Shown: positions 48,853 to 59,147 of the stretch, piece by piece
How positions within the stretch are numbered: position 1 is the stretch's first letter
Layout of the letters: each line of letters opens with the position of its first letter
IMG/VR virus record: IMGVR_UViG_3300029288_000055
Span: 96,001-160,000 of that record
Strand: one strand, 5' to 3'
Length of the DNA stretch: 64,000 bases
Source: a virus
Taxonomy: Duplodnaviria > Heunggongvirae > Uroviricota > Caudoviricetes
The notes under the pieces: generated by a model
The model's input: the letters and a program-made list of their open reading frames with translations, nothing else
What the model was told of the DNA's origin: nothing
Database searches by the model: none
Made by a program: the position numbers and the translations under genes

Positions 48853-49653
48853 ATGAATATAACAGTAATAATTCCAGTACATGAATTTAACATGAAAGTT
48901 TCAGACTTGTTAGACAAGGCAATCGATTCAGTACTTAAACAAGAAAAAATTGAAGAAAAACCACAGGTTATTGTGGTATATGGTGATGCAGCATCGTCTG
49001 ACATGTTGGACTATGAACACAAATTTAAAGATAATCCAAATATAACATTTAGATTTAATACTGGTAAAACAGATTATCAATCACAAGTTAATTTTGGGGT
49101 TAGTTTAATAACTACCGATTATTTCTCGGTACTTGAATTTGATGATGAATACGGCTTGACATATTTTAAAAATGCTGAGATATACACCAAAGCATATCCT
49201 GAAATTGATGTGTTTCTCACCATGATGATCGAAGTCAATGAAAAGAATGAAGGTATTAAGATTACAAATGAAACCGTTTGGGCACAACAGTTTGTTGGTG
49301 AGAATGGTGAAATGGGTTATCTGAATTCAAAATCACTTCAGCAATACACTGACTTTAAATTAAGTGGTGCAGTAATAAAGAAATCAGAATTTTTGAACCT
49401 TGGTGGATATAAATCAAACATTAAGTTAACCTTTATGTATGAGTTCTTACTTAGAGCATTAAATAATGCAAGTAAGATATTCTCAATACCAAAAATTGGT
49501 TACAAACATCTTGCAACCAGAGAAGGTAGTTTGTTTGATACTTATTTAAAAACAATGCCAATTAATGAAAGAAAATTTTGGTTTGAAACAGCAAATAAAG
49601 AAGCAAACATAATGAATGACAGATCAATTGATATGTCAAGACTTCAAAAATAA
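48853..49653 (+). CDS. GT2 glycosyltransferase
   Basis: ITVIIPVH, LEFDD. Confidence 0.7.
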   Translation: MNITVIIPVHEFNMKVSDLLDKAIDSVLKQEKIEEKPQVIVVYGDAASSDMLDYEHKFKDNPNITFRFNTGKTDYQSQVNFGVSLITTDYFSVLEFDDEYGLTYFKNAEIYTKAYPEIDVFLTMMIEVNEKNEGIKITNETVWAQQFVGENGEMGYLNSKSLQQYTDFKLSGAVIKKSEFLNLGGYKSNIKLTFMYEFLLRALNNASKIFSIPKIGYKHLATREGSLFDTYLKTMPINERKFWFETANKEANIMNDRSIDMSRLQK

Positions 49654-49678
49654 TCTGATTTTATTAACTTATAAGTAA

Positions 49679-50446
49679 ATGAAGAAGAAAATCGATGAAG
49701 AGATTAGTGCGCCATATTTTGCAGAAAGGGAAGAACAAGCAGTTATAGATTATATCAATGCTACTACGGCAGAAGAAAAAAATAAAATTTATAATGAAAT
49801 TTTATTAGTGCCGTTTCGTAAAATGATAGAATCAATATTAAGAAAATATCCAATACATATTGGTAATTATGATATTGTTGAGGTTGAATCAAATGCTCGA
49901 AGTCACCTGATTGAACACATGATTAAATTTGACCCTGACAGAATTACTAAGTCTGGTAATAAAACCAAAGCATATAGTTATTGTCAGACAATAATTCGAA
50001 ATTATTACAAAGATCATAGCAAAAAAAGCTATATTGAAAAGAAAACTAATCTGTCTTTTGACGATCATATTGATGAAATTAATGAAAATATTGAATATTC
50101 ATATGAACTTGAAATGGAAACTCATCATCAATTTGAACAGTTAATCAATACAGTGGTTGCTAAAATAGAAGAAAAAATTAATCCACCAAACGATGTGTTA
50201 ATGAAGAGAAATGAGGTTATTGTTGGTGATGCAATAGTAAATGTGTTGAAAAACTGGCATGTATTATTCATGGAAGACACACCAGAAGGTAAATATAATA
50301 AAAGAGTAACAAACAAATTTGCAAAAAATAAAATTTTATTATTTTTAAAAGAACAAACTGGTTTATCAACAAAAGAAATACGTATTGGAATAAAACCATT
50401 TAAAGAAATTTATTTTATTGAAAAAATGGACTATCTCGATGATTAA
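49679..50446 (+). CDS. Phage sigma factor (gp55-like late sigma)
   Basis: KFDP...KAYSYCQTIIRNY resembles sigma region 2 of phage late sigmas. Confidence 0.6.
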   Translation: MKKKIDEEISAPYFAEREEQAVIDYINATTAEEKNKIYNEILLVPFRKMIESILRKYPIHIGNYDIVEVESNARSHLIEHMIKFDPDRITKSGNKTKAYSYCQTIIRNYYKDHSKKSYIEKKTNLSFDDHIDEINENIEYSYELEMETHHQFEQLINTVVAKIEEKINPPNDVLMKRNEVIVGDAIVNVLKNWHVLFMEDTPEGKYNKRVTNKFAKNKILLFLKEQTGLSTKEIRIGIKPFKEIYFIEKMDYLDD

Positions 50447-50538
50447 AGTATATTAAAACAAAATTGATATGGAATTATAAATATTTTAATTATAAATCCC
50501 AAATAACCTGTATTTATATGTACTAAAACTATAAAGCC

Positions 50539-50955
50539 ATGCCAAGACCAATCAGACGCAGATTACAATTTGATGAAGATAGCGTGAATAAACTACTTCA
50601 AGAAATATATGATGAAAGTCATAACATAAAAGCTAAAATTACCAGACTTTTTACTAAATGGGAATTAAAAGTAAAAGAAGGCGGAGAAATTGCTGCAATC
50701 GGTGATCAAATAGTTAAACTTATTGCTGCTGAAGCTAAGAACCAAGATCAAAAGATTATGTTATTGAAATACTTAAAAGAAGTTGTTTTCGATAATTATG
50801 TAAAAGCTGGAAATAGTCCAAATAATACTGCCAATAGTTCAAAATCTTCTGAAGAATCTGGTGATATATCAGCAGAAAGAAGACTTGAATTATTAAATAT
50901 GGTTCAAGAACATTTTGTAAAGAAAGAAGCTGAAAAGCAAAAAGAAAATGAATAA
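50539..50955 (+). CDS. Hypothetical protein
   Basis: 138 aa; GTATTTAT at 50510-50517. Confidence 0.65.
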   Translation: MPRPIRRRLQFDEDSVNKLLQEIYDESHNIKAKITRLFTKWELKVKEGGEIAAIGDQIVKLIAAEAKNQDQKIMLLKYLKEVVFDNYVKAGNSPNNTANSSKSSEESGDISAERRLELLNMVQEHFVKKEAEKQKENE

Positions 50956-50957
50956 GA

Positions 50958-52274
50958 ATGAGCTTAAGTGACGACAAAAGAAATATTTTTACGACCATTG
51001 GTTCATATACTTCGGTAATAGAAGCAACAAAAATGCCTAATACTACTGATCTATTTCCTTCAATTAATAATAAAAAAGATATTGTACCGTTTTTACTCGA
51101 CATACTAAAAACAGTTGCTGGCACTGATGCCTTACAAGGATTAACGGGTGAGTTATTTACTAATTTTATTGATAAAATTGAACCACAATTGAAAGTAGCA
51201 TTAAAAAATCAAGTAGCACAATATAATGCAAGCCAAAATCTTCCTAATTATTTTCTCAGTACTGGAACTGGTGTTAGAGTTAAAGCAAAAGATATTGATA
51301 TTAGTGGCAAACTTAAAACTAATCCACAATCTGTAGGTGGAGAATTATTATATGATAATTCAGCACCTAATTTTGATAGTAGTGCATATAATGCAATTGT
51401 AAATGGAAATGCAACATTTGGTAATTTAAATATGAAATATCTGGCATCAACTGATGAATTGGTTTTTAATCAAAATGGTGGTGTTTCAACAATCGGTGGT
51501 TGGGCAAATGATTATATTGACGGTCTTAAAATTATTAATAAAAAAGAATTCATAAGCAATGTTATGAATAAAATGTATGGCACAATTACTAAAAGTCAGG
51601 GCAAAACAGTTAATGATGCTTATCAAGAATTAGTTGTTGATCAACTTATATTACAATTAGTTAATGATGATGATAGTTTTGAAATTTCGGCTGAAGATAA
51701 CGCTGCCTTACTTAGACGTGCTGAAGAAATAATAAATGGTACTGTAAATTATGATATGGGTTGTGGAGTAATGAGTGCAAATTTACCTTTAAGTGGATTA
51801 ACCAATTTAATTAATAATATATCAGGTACAACTGGTCAAGCGACTGACCCAAATTATGTCGGAAATCAAATAAACAATACAATTGATCAAAGCGTACAAA
51901 ATAAAGAAGTTGCTGATGCTAATAAACAAACCGTTAAAGACGGATTTTTTCAAAGATTAATTAATTTAATTACTCAGACATTAGCACAAGCATTAAGTGC
52001 AACACCACAAATACGTGCATTACTTGCAATTATAAGTGCATTTCAAAATCAAGGTATTACTAAAATTGGTAATGCAAAAGATGATCTTGTAAAATTCAAA
52101 ACACTTTTAAAATGTATTGTTAATATGGCAATGCGATTAATAAATGAATTTATATTTAATTTAATTAAAAAGTTTTTGGTAATACTTTTAAAACCATTGA
52201 TATTAAAAATAATAAAAGAAAAAATAACGCAATATAGTGCGATCATCAAAAGTTTAATACCTTTAAAAATATAA
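50958..52274 (+). CDS. Probable virion protein
   Basis: 438 aa ORF in late operon. Confidence 0.5.
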   Translation: MSLSDDKRNIFTTIGSYTSVIEATKMPNTTDLFPSINNKKDIVPFLLDILKTVAGTDALQGLTGELFTNFIDKIEPQLKVALKNQVAQYNASQNLPNYFLSTGTGVRVKAKDIDISGKLKTNPQSVGGELLYDNSAPNFDSSAYNAIVNGNATFGNLNMKYLASTDELVFNQNGGVSTIGGWANDYIDGLKIINKKEFISNVMNKMYGTITKSQGKTVNDAYQELVVDQLILQLVNDDDSFEISAEDNAALLRRAEEIINGTVNYDMGCGVMSANLPLSGLTNLINNISGTTGQATDPNYVGNQINNTIDQSVQNKEVADANKQTVKDGFFQRLINLITQTLAQALSATPQIRALLAIISAFQNQGITKIGNAKDDLVKFKTLLKCIVNMAMRLINEFIFNLIKKFLVILLKPLILKIIKEKITQYSAIIKSLIPLKI

Positions 52275-52278
52275 TTAT

Positions 52279-52686
52279 ATGGCAATTGATTTTACTAATT
52301 CTAATGCAATTATTGGCGCATTTAACAAAATATTAAATCTATCAAGTATTGGCGGTCCACCTACCGTGCCAACACCTTTAATTCTTATTGGTGTAAAATC
52401 ACGTTCAGGATTGTCACCAACTAAAATTGCTTCACGTATTATTGCAAGAAAAAGTGAAGCAGGATTGCCAGTTGGTGTCTTACCATCTGGTGGTATTTCC
52501 CCAGATGAAATAATGGAAAGAATTAGAATTGAAGAAATCATCAAAGCATTTCAACAAGATGCTGTGATTACTGTGGCAATCCCACCCGGGATTACGCTGA
52601 CGGCTGCTGGTATATCACCTACAGGACCGGTTACAGTATTTGGTTCAACAATAAGATTTGTAAGTGGTTATGGAGTTATACAATAA
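52279..52686 (+). CDS. Hypothetical (baseplate-associated) protein
   Basis: 135 aa ORF in operon. Confidence 0.55.
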   Translation: MAIDFTNSNAIIGAFNKILNLSSIGGPPTVPTPLILIGVKSRSGLSPTKIASRIIARKSEAGLPVGVLPSGGISPDEIMERIRIEEIIKAFQQDAVITVAIPPGITLTAAGISPTGPVTVFGSTIRFVSGYGVIQ

Positions 52687-52892
52687 TGGAAGATTTAAGC
52701 AAATATACACCAATTGAATTAAATAAATTATTTAATGATATCAAATTAAAACATGATACATTAAAACAAGAGATTATTGATCATACTTTTGAAGCTGATG
52801 AACTTGAAAAAACGATTAATAATAAATTATTACTTTTAGATGAAGCAGAAAAAATTTATATTGCATTAATTGAAGAAATAAGCAAAAGATAA
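52686..52892 (+). CDS. Small coiled-coil protein
   Basis: 68 aa, TAATG overlaps on both sides. Confidence 0.6.
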   Translation: MEDLSKYTPIELNKLFNDIKLKHDTLKQEIIDHTFEADELEKTINNKLLLLDEAEKIYIALIEEISKR

Positions 52893-53779
52893 TGTCATTT
52901 GATAAACCTATAGTACAAACAAGTAATCCTTTTAAAAAGGTAGGCACTTACCAAGTCACCAGAACGATTTATTATGGCGAAGTAATATCTATTACCGATA
53001 ATACTGATGGTGGCAGAATTCAAGTTAAAATACCTGATTTGGATAATAAAACTGCAAATACTGATTTGCCATATTGTTATCCTATGTTGCCAAAATTCTT
53101 TCATTTACTTCCACAAGTAGGTGAAATGGTTAGAGTTTTTATTGAAGACATAAAATATCCTGAAAGAAGTAGATATTGGATGGGCAGCATTATATCACAG
53201 CCACAAAAAATTGGTTTTGATACAATTTACACGGCATTATCAACAACAAATATGGGATTAACAATACCAGAACCAGCACCTTCAACATTACCAGATGCAA
53301 AAGGAGTGTTTCCATTATCTACAGATGTTGCAATAATTGGTAAAGTTAATACTGATGTTATCTTACGTACCAATGAAGTGCATATAAGAGCAGGTAAACA
53401 TGAAAATGGTAATGTATTAAAATTAAACACTAAAAATCCAGCATCAGTTAATCTTGTTTTTGAACAACAGAAGGGAAATGCTAATTTTTATAGTAATACA
53501 GTTGTGTTTAGCGACAAGATTGCTCTTATATCACATACTGGAAAACCACAATTTAAAGCAGCAGAATTAACAGCAGACGATAGAACAAGAATATTTACTG
53601 AAGGACATCCAATTGCCAGAGGCGATGTATTAATTGAAGCACTAAACATATTGAGAAATGCAATTATTAATCACATTCATGGTTATTCAAATCTACCTGC
53701 AGACAAAAATGCACTTATAAAAGATTTAGAAAATATTAATTTCGATAATATTTTACAAAAAAACATTGTGATTAATTAA
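52892..53779 (+). CDS. gp5/VgrG-like baseplate spike (OB fold)
   Basis: GEVISITD..GRIQVKIP...PQVGEMVRV; C-terminal HIH. Confidence 0.75.
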   Translation: MSFDKPIVQTSNPFKKVGTYQVTRTIYYGEVISITDNTDGGRIQVKIPDLDNKTANTDLPYCYPMLPKFFHLLPQVGEMVRVFIEDIKYPERSRYWMGSIISQPQKIGFDTIYTALSTTNMGLTIPEPAPSTLPDAKGVFPLSTDVAIIGKVNTDVILRTNEVHIRAGKHENGNVLKLNTKNPASVNLVFEQQKGNANFYSNTVVFSDKIALISHTGKPQFKAAELTADDRTRIFTEGHPIARGDVLIEALNILRNAIINHIHGYSNLPADKNALIKDLENINFDNILQKNIVIN

Positions 53780-53801
53780 TTTTTAAGTACTTTTGCTTTT
53801 T

Positions 53802-54584
53802 ATGGAAAAAATACCCAATGAATTATTTACAGCATTTAATGATGTGACGTTTTATGACGAACCACATAAATATTTTATTAATAATAAAGAACTAATTTCA
53901 GTAACTACATTAATTCACAAATATCAAGAAGAATTCGATGAAAAATTCTGGTCAGAATTTAAAGGAGCACAACACAAGATCAGTCCAGTTGAAATAGTCA
54001 GGGCATGGAAATTTATAAACAGAAAAGGCACAATCAGAGGTTCTGCAATACATGATTATGCTGAAAATTTGTTTCAAAATAAAAAATATGAATATCCTAA
54101 ACAATTAATATTAAACGAATTTGGCTTTGACCCTGTTCAACATACTTATGATATTTGTAAAAAGCATGTTGATAATTTCTATAATACAGTTCAGGGTGTA
54201 TTAATACCAATTAAAACGGAAATGGTTGTATATGATTGTGAAACATTAATTGGTGGGATGCTTGATATATTATTTTGGAATAAAAAATCACAACAATTTG
54301 AAATTTGGGACTGGAAAACTAACAAAAATTTTACAAAAACTGAACCTAAAAGACATTTGCTTAATGATTTGTTTATGCTGGAAGATTGTGACTTAGAATT
54401 ATATTCATTACAATTGGAAATGTATAAGCAGATTATTGAAAAGAATGTACCAATCAAACTTGGTCAATCACATATTGTTTGGTTTTCACATAATAATGAA
54501 AAATTTGAAGTGATGAAGACTCTGGATAGAGAATATTACGTTAAACTTATCCTCAATAACAGACTTCTTGAATTAGCTGCATGA
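53802..54584 (+). CDS. PD-(D/E)xK exonuclease
   Basis: SVTT, GSAIH, GMLD..IWDWKT, YSLQLEMY; TTG-N19-TACTTTTG promoter at 53766-53795. Confidence 0.75.
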   Translation: MEKIPNELFTAFNDVTFYDEPHKYFINNKELISVTTLIHKYQEEFDEKFWSEFKGAQHKISPVEIVRAWKFINRKGTIRGSAIHDYAENLFQNKKYEYPKQLILNEFGFDPVQHTYDICKKHVDNFYNTVQGVLIPIKTEMVVYDCETLIGGMLDILFWNKKSQQFEIWDWKTNKNFTKTEPKRHLLNDLFMLEDCDLELYSLQLEMYKQIIEKNVPIKLGQSHIVWFSHNNEKFEVMKTLDREYYVKLILNNRLLELAA

Positions 54585-54725
54585 AATTTTCTGAAAAATT
54601 CATGCAAGTATAAAAGATAAAATAATAGCTGTTATGATATAAGGACCTCATATAACGTATAAAATATTATATGTTATATCCAGCCAAAACTCATTAAAAA
54701 AGATAGTTTTGGCTGGATATAAATA

Positions 54726-54754
54726 ATAAAAAAAGCCACAACTAAGTGGCTTTT
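54726..54754. terminator. Terminator between convergent genes
   Basis: aaaaagccac-aactaa-gtggctttt; adjacent 15-bp inverted repeat at 54676-54720. Confidence 0.7.
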
Positions 54755-54773
54755 GAATTTCTTTTTGTAACTC

Positions 54774-55262
54774 TTACATATTAAGAATACATCTCCAAGG
54801 CTGTATCGTAAGTTGAATTGTTGTTAAACCATCTTCTTCATAACTGTTTTCACCAAAATCAATTGCTGTAACCATACATTGTTCTAAAGTCCATTTTTCA
54901 ACTTCAACACCAGTTGGGTCAACTGCTTTTAATAGAATATTTTTCTTGTAACCTGCTGCGTAACCCATACGACCAGTCAAAGATTCTGCATGTAAACGAA
55001 CCCACTCCATTAATTGTTGTGATGTAGATGGTCCTATTGGGTCAAGGAATGTCAATTGCATTTCTTCCCAATTATATCTACCAGCAACATAGTTCTGTTC
55101 GTTCATGAACTGAATTTGTACTGAGTTAATTTTCATTGAAGGTCTTTTGAACTTTTGAATTTTCCAGACTTCAATGCCCAATTCATCTGCAAATTCTGCA
55201 AAGAATCTATTAATTCTCTTGGGTTCATATTGAAACGGGATTCCCCTTATCATTTCTGCCAT
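54774..55262 (-). CDS. Tail tube protein (gp19-like)
   Basis: YEPKRINRF, AGRYNW, DPIGPS, GYKKNI.L...DPTGVEVEKW. Confidence 0.85.
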   Translation of the reverse strand: MAEMIRGIPFQYEPKRINRFFAEFADELGIEVWKIQKFKRPSMKINSVQIQFMNEQNYVAGRYNWEEMQLTFLDPIGPSTSQQLMEWVRLHAESLTGRMGYAAGYKKNILLKAVDPTGVEVEKWTLEQCMVTAIDFGENSYEEDGLTTIQLTIQPWRCILNM

Positions 55263-55342
55263 ATTTCTGCATATTTAAATTATAATACTTATTTTTCTAA
55301 TAAATACTATAATGTTTGAAAACAATTCACAAAAAATAATTC

Positions 55343-55945
55343 TTATCTTGGCATTTGACCAGTTCTATGAAAATGTCTTAACTCTGCATTACTTAAACTT
55401 GCTAAAGTTTTCGCTTTTGGTGGTTCAGGAGCTAATGCTTTTAATTCATTTAAAATTTGGTCATTCACCATATCAGCAACTATTTGTGCACCTTCTTCAA
55501 TTTGTTTTTCAGTAAGAAAATATTCAATAGCTGGGGTTTCAAGTTCTTTTTTCAATTCTTCTGCAGCATCAATACTTAACTGTTCACCACTTATTTCTGT
55601 CTGAAGTACTTTTTCTATTTCAGTTTGTGCATCAACATTATGATATTGTTCAAGAACTTCAGCAATTTTTTCACCTTCAATATGAGGTTCAATTTTTATT
55701 TCTTCTTCCACAACCTCACTGGTAAACTCTGGAAATTCTTCAACAAATTCTTTTACTTCATTATTAAGCTCAGAAGTAGATTCTGGTTCTGAAGTTGCAA
55801 GTGTTTCTTCTACGGGTTTTACTGGTTTTTCTGCAGTAAGATTTAAATCTGCAATTATTGGTTCAGATGTTACTGATTTTTCTTCTACGGGTTTCTCAAC
55901 TTGTATTGGTTTAGAATATACCCTTTTAGTTTTTTTATTACTCAT
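55343..55945 (-). CDS. Acidic hypothetical protein
   Basis: 200 aa Glu-rich. Confidence 0.6.
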   Translation of the reverse strand: MSNKKTKRVYSKPIQVEKPVEEKSVTSEPIIADLNLTAEKPVKPVEETLATSEPESTSELNNEVKEFVEEFPEFTSEVVEEEIKIEPHIEGEKIAEVLEQYHNVDAQTEIEKVLQTEISGEQLSIDAAEELKKELETPAIEYFLTEKQIEEGAQIVADMVNDQILNELKALAPEPPKAKTLASLSNAELRHFHRTGQMPR

Positions 55946-56043
55946 TTTTATAAAAAATTATAATATTATTTTATCATAAATACTCAAACATAAAAAAAAA
56001 GACCCACAATGTTGTAGGTCTCTTTATTTAAAGTTATTATTTA

Positions 56044-58845
56044 TTATGCTCCAACGTCAGCGAATGATGCACCAGAAGGTGTAATTGTAAATGTAATTCC
56101 AATGAATTCAACAGCACGTGTTGGTTTCAAGAATAATTCACCATATAATTCATTTCTGTCGTTAGTTTCAGTTGTGTTATTGCTATTATCCATCTTGATT
56201 CTATAATCATTCAAACCTCTTTCTCTCTTAATTGTATCAAGTACTGGAGTAGCTTTTGTTATAAATTGGTCAATTGTTGTTTGATCATCTTGTTCGAATA
56301 CAAGTCTGATTGCAATATTTGCAATAAGAACTTTGATTTGAAGTAATAATCTACGAACATTAATTCTATCAAGAGCACTTTCTTTAACTTGTAATGTCTT
56401 CTGTCCAAAGATTGCTGTGCCAGCATCTGCAAAATCAGCCATTGGGTTAATTCTACCTTTATATAATACATCACGAGCATCCTGTGATAATTTAAATTTT
56501 GATTTTCTTGCATCAGTTACACCCCTTTGTAAACCAGCAGGTGCAAACCAAGGGAATTTTGTATTATCAGTAAATGCCATTGCTTTAACTACTTCACCTG
56601 TAGGTGGAATATAAACATTGACATTATTCTGAGTATCCCTGATTTGAATCCAAGGGAAGTATGTGCATGAATAACTACTATCAATGCCAGTATTATCAAG
56701 TAAATCAACAACATCTGTTGCAAATTGAACATCTTGTTTTTGTTGACCAACAACTGGTGAAGTTCCAATATCAGGAGCATCAATTACATATAATGTATCT
56801 GTTCTTTGTTGTTCAACCATTTCAATTGTATCTTGAACCATAATTGTGTTATTTGACCAATCAATACCCGGAGTTGAAAATAAGTTAATCGTAACTTCTT
56901 CAGGATTTGAAAATGTGTCAATTGCTGTTTCCCATGCTTGAAAGTCATTTATTGCAGTTGCATTAGGTGCAACACCGTCATAAATACCGCCCTGACGATA
57001 TAAGTCGCCATATGAACGATAACCTCTGTTAACATCCCAACCATCAAAACCGCCAGCAGGAACAAGAGTGAATTTTCTTGAATTTATATCAAAATAAGGA
57101 TTTGTATTATCTACAACATCATTAGCTGTCTGGAATTTACCAGCACCAACTTCGAATGTACCAAGATTAATAGTTCCTTCAGTATAACCAGTACCAGTTG
57201 CACCAGAATCCATATGGAAACCTTTAGTTTTTACAAAGCCACCACTTAAGCTACTTTGACCATTAAAATTAAAGAAGTTTTGATTAATACCAGTACCTAT
57301 AACGTTTGCTGTATTATAACCATTTTCTGATATTCCCAAATATACTTTTCTAAATTTATCTGTTTGTGTATAACCTGTTTTGTAAATAATTATTGGTGTT
57401 TTACCAACAGTAGTACCATCGCTTGTTGCAGATAAAGCATAATTATTAAATTCGTAGCCTTCAAAACCAGCAGGGAATAAATCAGGAGCAATATTGTCTG
57501 CAAGTTCAAGCATAACATAATTACTTTGAATATCATACTCACCATCAGCAGTACCAATACGCTGTGCTATATAGTTTGTTAAACCTTGAATTAATGAACA
57601 TCTCGTATATGATTCCAATACAATTGGATTTGCATCAGTATCATTAAAATCACGAATAACAATATCAAATTCAAGAGAAATTGGATTAATGTTTTGAATA
57701 CTAATTTTAACTTCTTGGTTTGCTGCATTACCATCAGAAATACTAATGAATTTGAACAATCTGTCAATTTCACTACCTTTTAATTGTGATACAACCCAAG
57801 GAGTTTCAGGTGTCTGGAATTGAGTCTTATAGTTTTTATAAAAATTAGACCTTAATTTAATTACAACATCATTTATGCCATAACCATATGGTGCAATACC
57901 AGAAATACCATAACTTGTTAATCCTGTTGGATATGTAGCACCTGCAGAATCCAAATATTTAATTAAATCAGGATATACCGCTTCTGTCCATATCTTTGTG
58001 TTTTTATCTTTTGGCAAAGAACCAATTACATTTGGTAAGAAACTACTTGCATCTGGATTTAATGTTGCAGTATATGTTGTACCGCCAGACACTAATATAG
58101 TAAATTGACCAAATAAATCACCACTATCAAGATTAGTACTATTTGCAGGTATTGAAAGTATACTTGTTTGGAATGCAGTAGTTGCTGGCAGATTTACATG
58201 ATCAGTAACATCGCCTCTACTTCTAATTACAGCAAGTACCATCTTTTCATATGCAGTATATGAAGTACCTGAGAATAATGTTCTGGTAAAATAAGTAGTC
58301 CCACTACCAATACTACCATTAAATGTGGTTACTGTCCAAGTATATGAGTATCCGCTAAAAGCAGTACTACTATATTTATGTAAACCTAAGAATGTAGTAC
58401 CAGTTTGACCACTTACACTTATCATAACACCTAAATATTGGAAGTTAGTAAATGTAGAGTTACCAGTTGTTACGCTTTCAATACCTACAGTTACGGGGTC
58501 AACACCTGCATTTAATGTAAGTGTCCATCCTGTACCAGCATCATATCCAGATAATCCCAATACTCTTGTTACATACAATTGATTAGTTTCATCCAAATAA
58601 GCATTTGCCACATATGGTAATTGATATTTAAGACCTTTATTTCCAAGTGGAAATCTTTCAGTGCTTTGTACGCCGAACCTTGTTGAAAATTGAGTTTTAT
58701 CTTGAATGAAAACAGGTTCAAATGCAGGTCCTTTTAGCGTTTCACCTACTAAGCCTAATGTGGTGATACCTACGTTACGTGTCACAAATGTGAGATCACG
58801 TTCTTTAAATTTTACTCCCGGAGAGGTAAATACAAAATCTGCCAT
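56044..58845 (-). CDS. Tail sheath protein (gp18-like)
   Basis: SPGV..ERD, GPAFEP, PWFAPAG..RG, GQKTLQ..SALDRINVRRLL. Confidence 0.95.
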   Translation of the reverse strand: MADFVFTSPGVKFKERDLTFVTRNVGITTLGLVGETLKGPAFEPVFIQDKTQFSTRFGVQSTERFPLGNKGLKYQLPYVANAYLDETNQLYVTRVLGLSGYDAGTGWTLTLNAGVDPVTVGIESVTTGNSTFTNFQYLGVMISVSGQTGTTFLGLHKYSSTAFSGYSYTWTVTTFNGSIGSGTTYFTRTLFSGTSYTAYEKMVLAVIRSRGDVTDHVNLPATTAFQTSILSIPANSTNLDSGDLFGQFTILVSGGTTYTATLNPDASSFLPNVIGSLPKDKNTKIWTEAVYPDLIKYLDSAGATYPTGLTSYGISGIAPYGYGINDVVIKLRSNFYKNYKTQFQTPETPWVVSQLKGSEIDRLFKFISISDGNAANQEVKISIQNINPISLEFDIVIRDFNDTDANPIVLESYTRCSLIQGLTNYIAQRIGTADGEYDIQSNYVMLELADNIAPDLFPAGFEGYEFNNYALSATSDGTTVGKTPIIIYKTGYTQTDKFRKVYLGISENGYNTANVIGTGINQNFFNFNGQSSLSGGFVKTKGFHMDSGATGTGYTEGTINLGTFEVGAGKFQTANDVVDNTNPYFDINSRKFTLVPAGGFDGWDVNRGYRSYGDLYRQGGIYDGVAPNATAINDFQAWETAIDTFSNPEEVTINLFSTPGIDWSNNTIMVQDTIEMVEQQRTDTLYVIDAPDIGTSPVVGQQKQDVQFATDVVDLLDNTGIDSSYSCTYFPWIQIRDTQNNVNVYIPPTGEVVKAMAFTDNTKFPWFAPAGLQRGVTDARKSKFKLSQDARDVLYKGRINPMADFADAGTAIFGQKTLQVKESALDRINVRRLLLQIKVLIANIAIRLVFEQDDQTTIDQFITKATPVLDTIKRERGLNDYRIKMDNSNNTTETNDRNELYGELFLKPTRAVEFIGITFTITPSGASFADVGA

Positions 58846-59147
58846 GTTTATTAATTATTAATGTTTTTATTATTATTTTCTAATATAAGCTCTGTGTTAC
58901 TTTTCAAATAAATACTAAAAAAATATGCAAAAGGTATTTAAGATTGATTATTATCACACTGTTGTTCTTGCTCATAAAATCAAATCTTTAAGTTTTTTAT
59001 CTTTTTTGGATTAGATTTTCAAATTTTTCTTTTTTTTTAGGTTAAATTTTCTAAAATTTCTCGAAAAAAAAATTCATTTTTTTTTCGAGAAATTTTTACT
59101 ACATATAAGAAATTCTTTACTTTAGTATTTATTTGAAACATTATTGT

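Noticed and set aside
53802-54584. Cas4 as part of a CRISPR system
   Set aside because: No four-Cys cluster pattern, array or other cas genes; generic phage exonuclease
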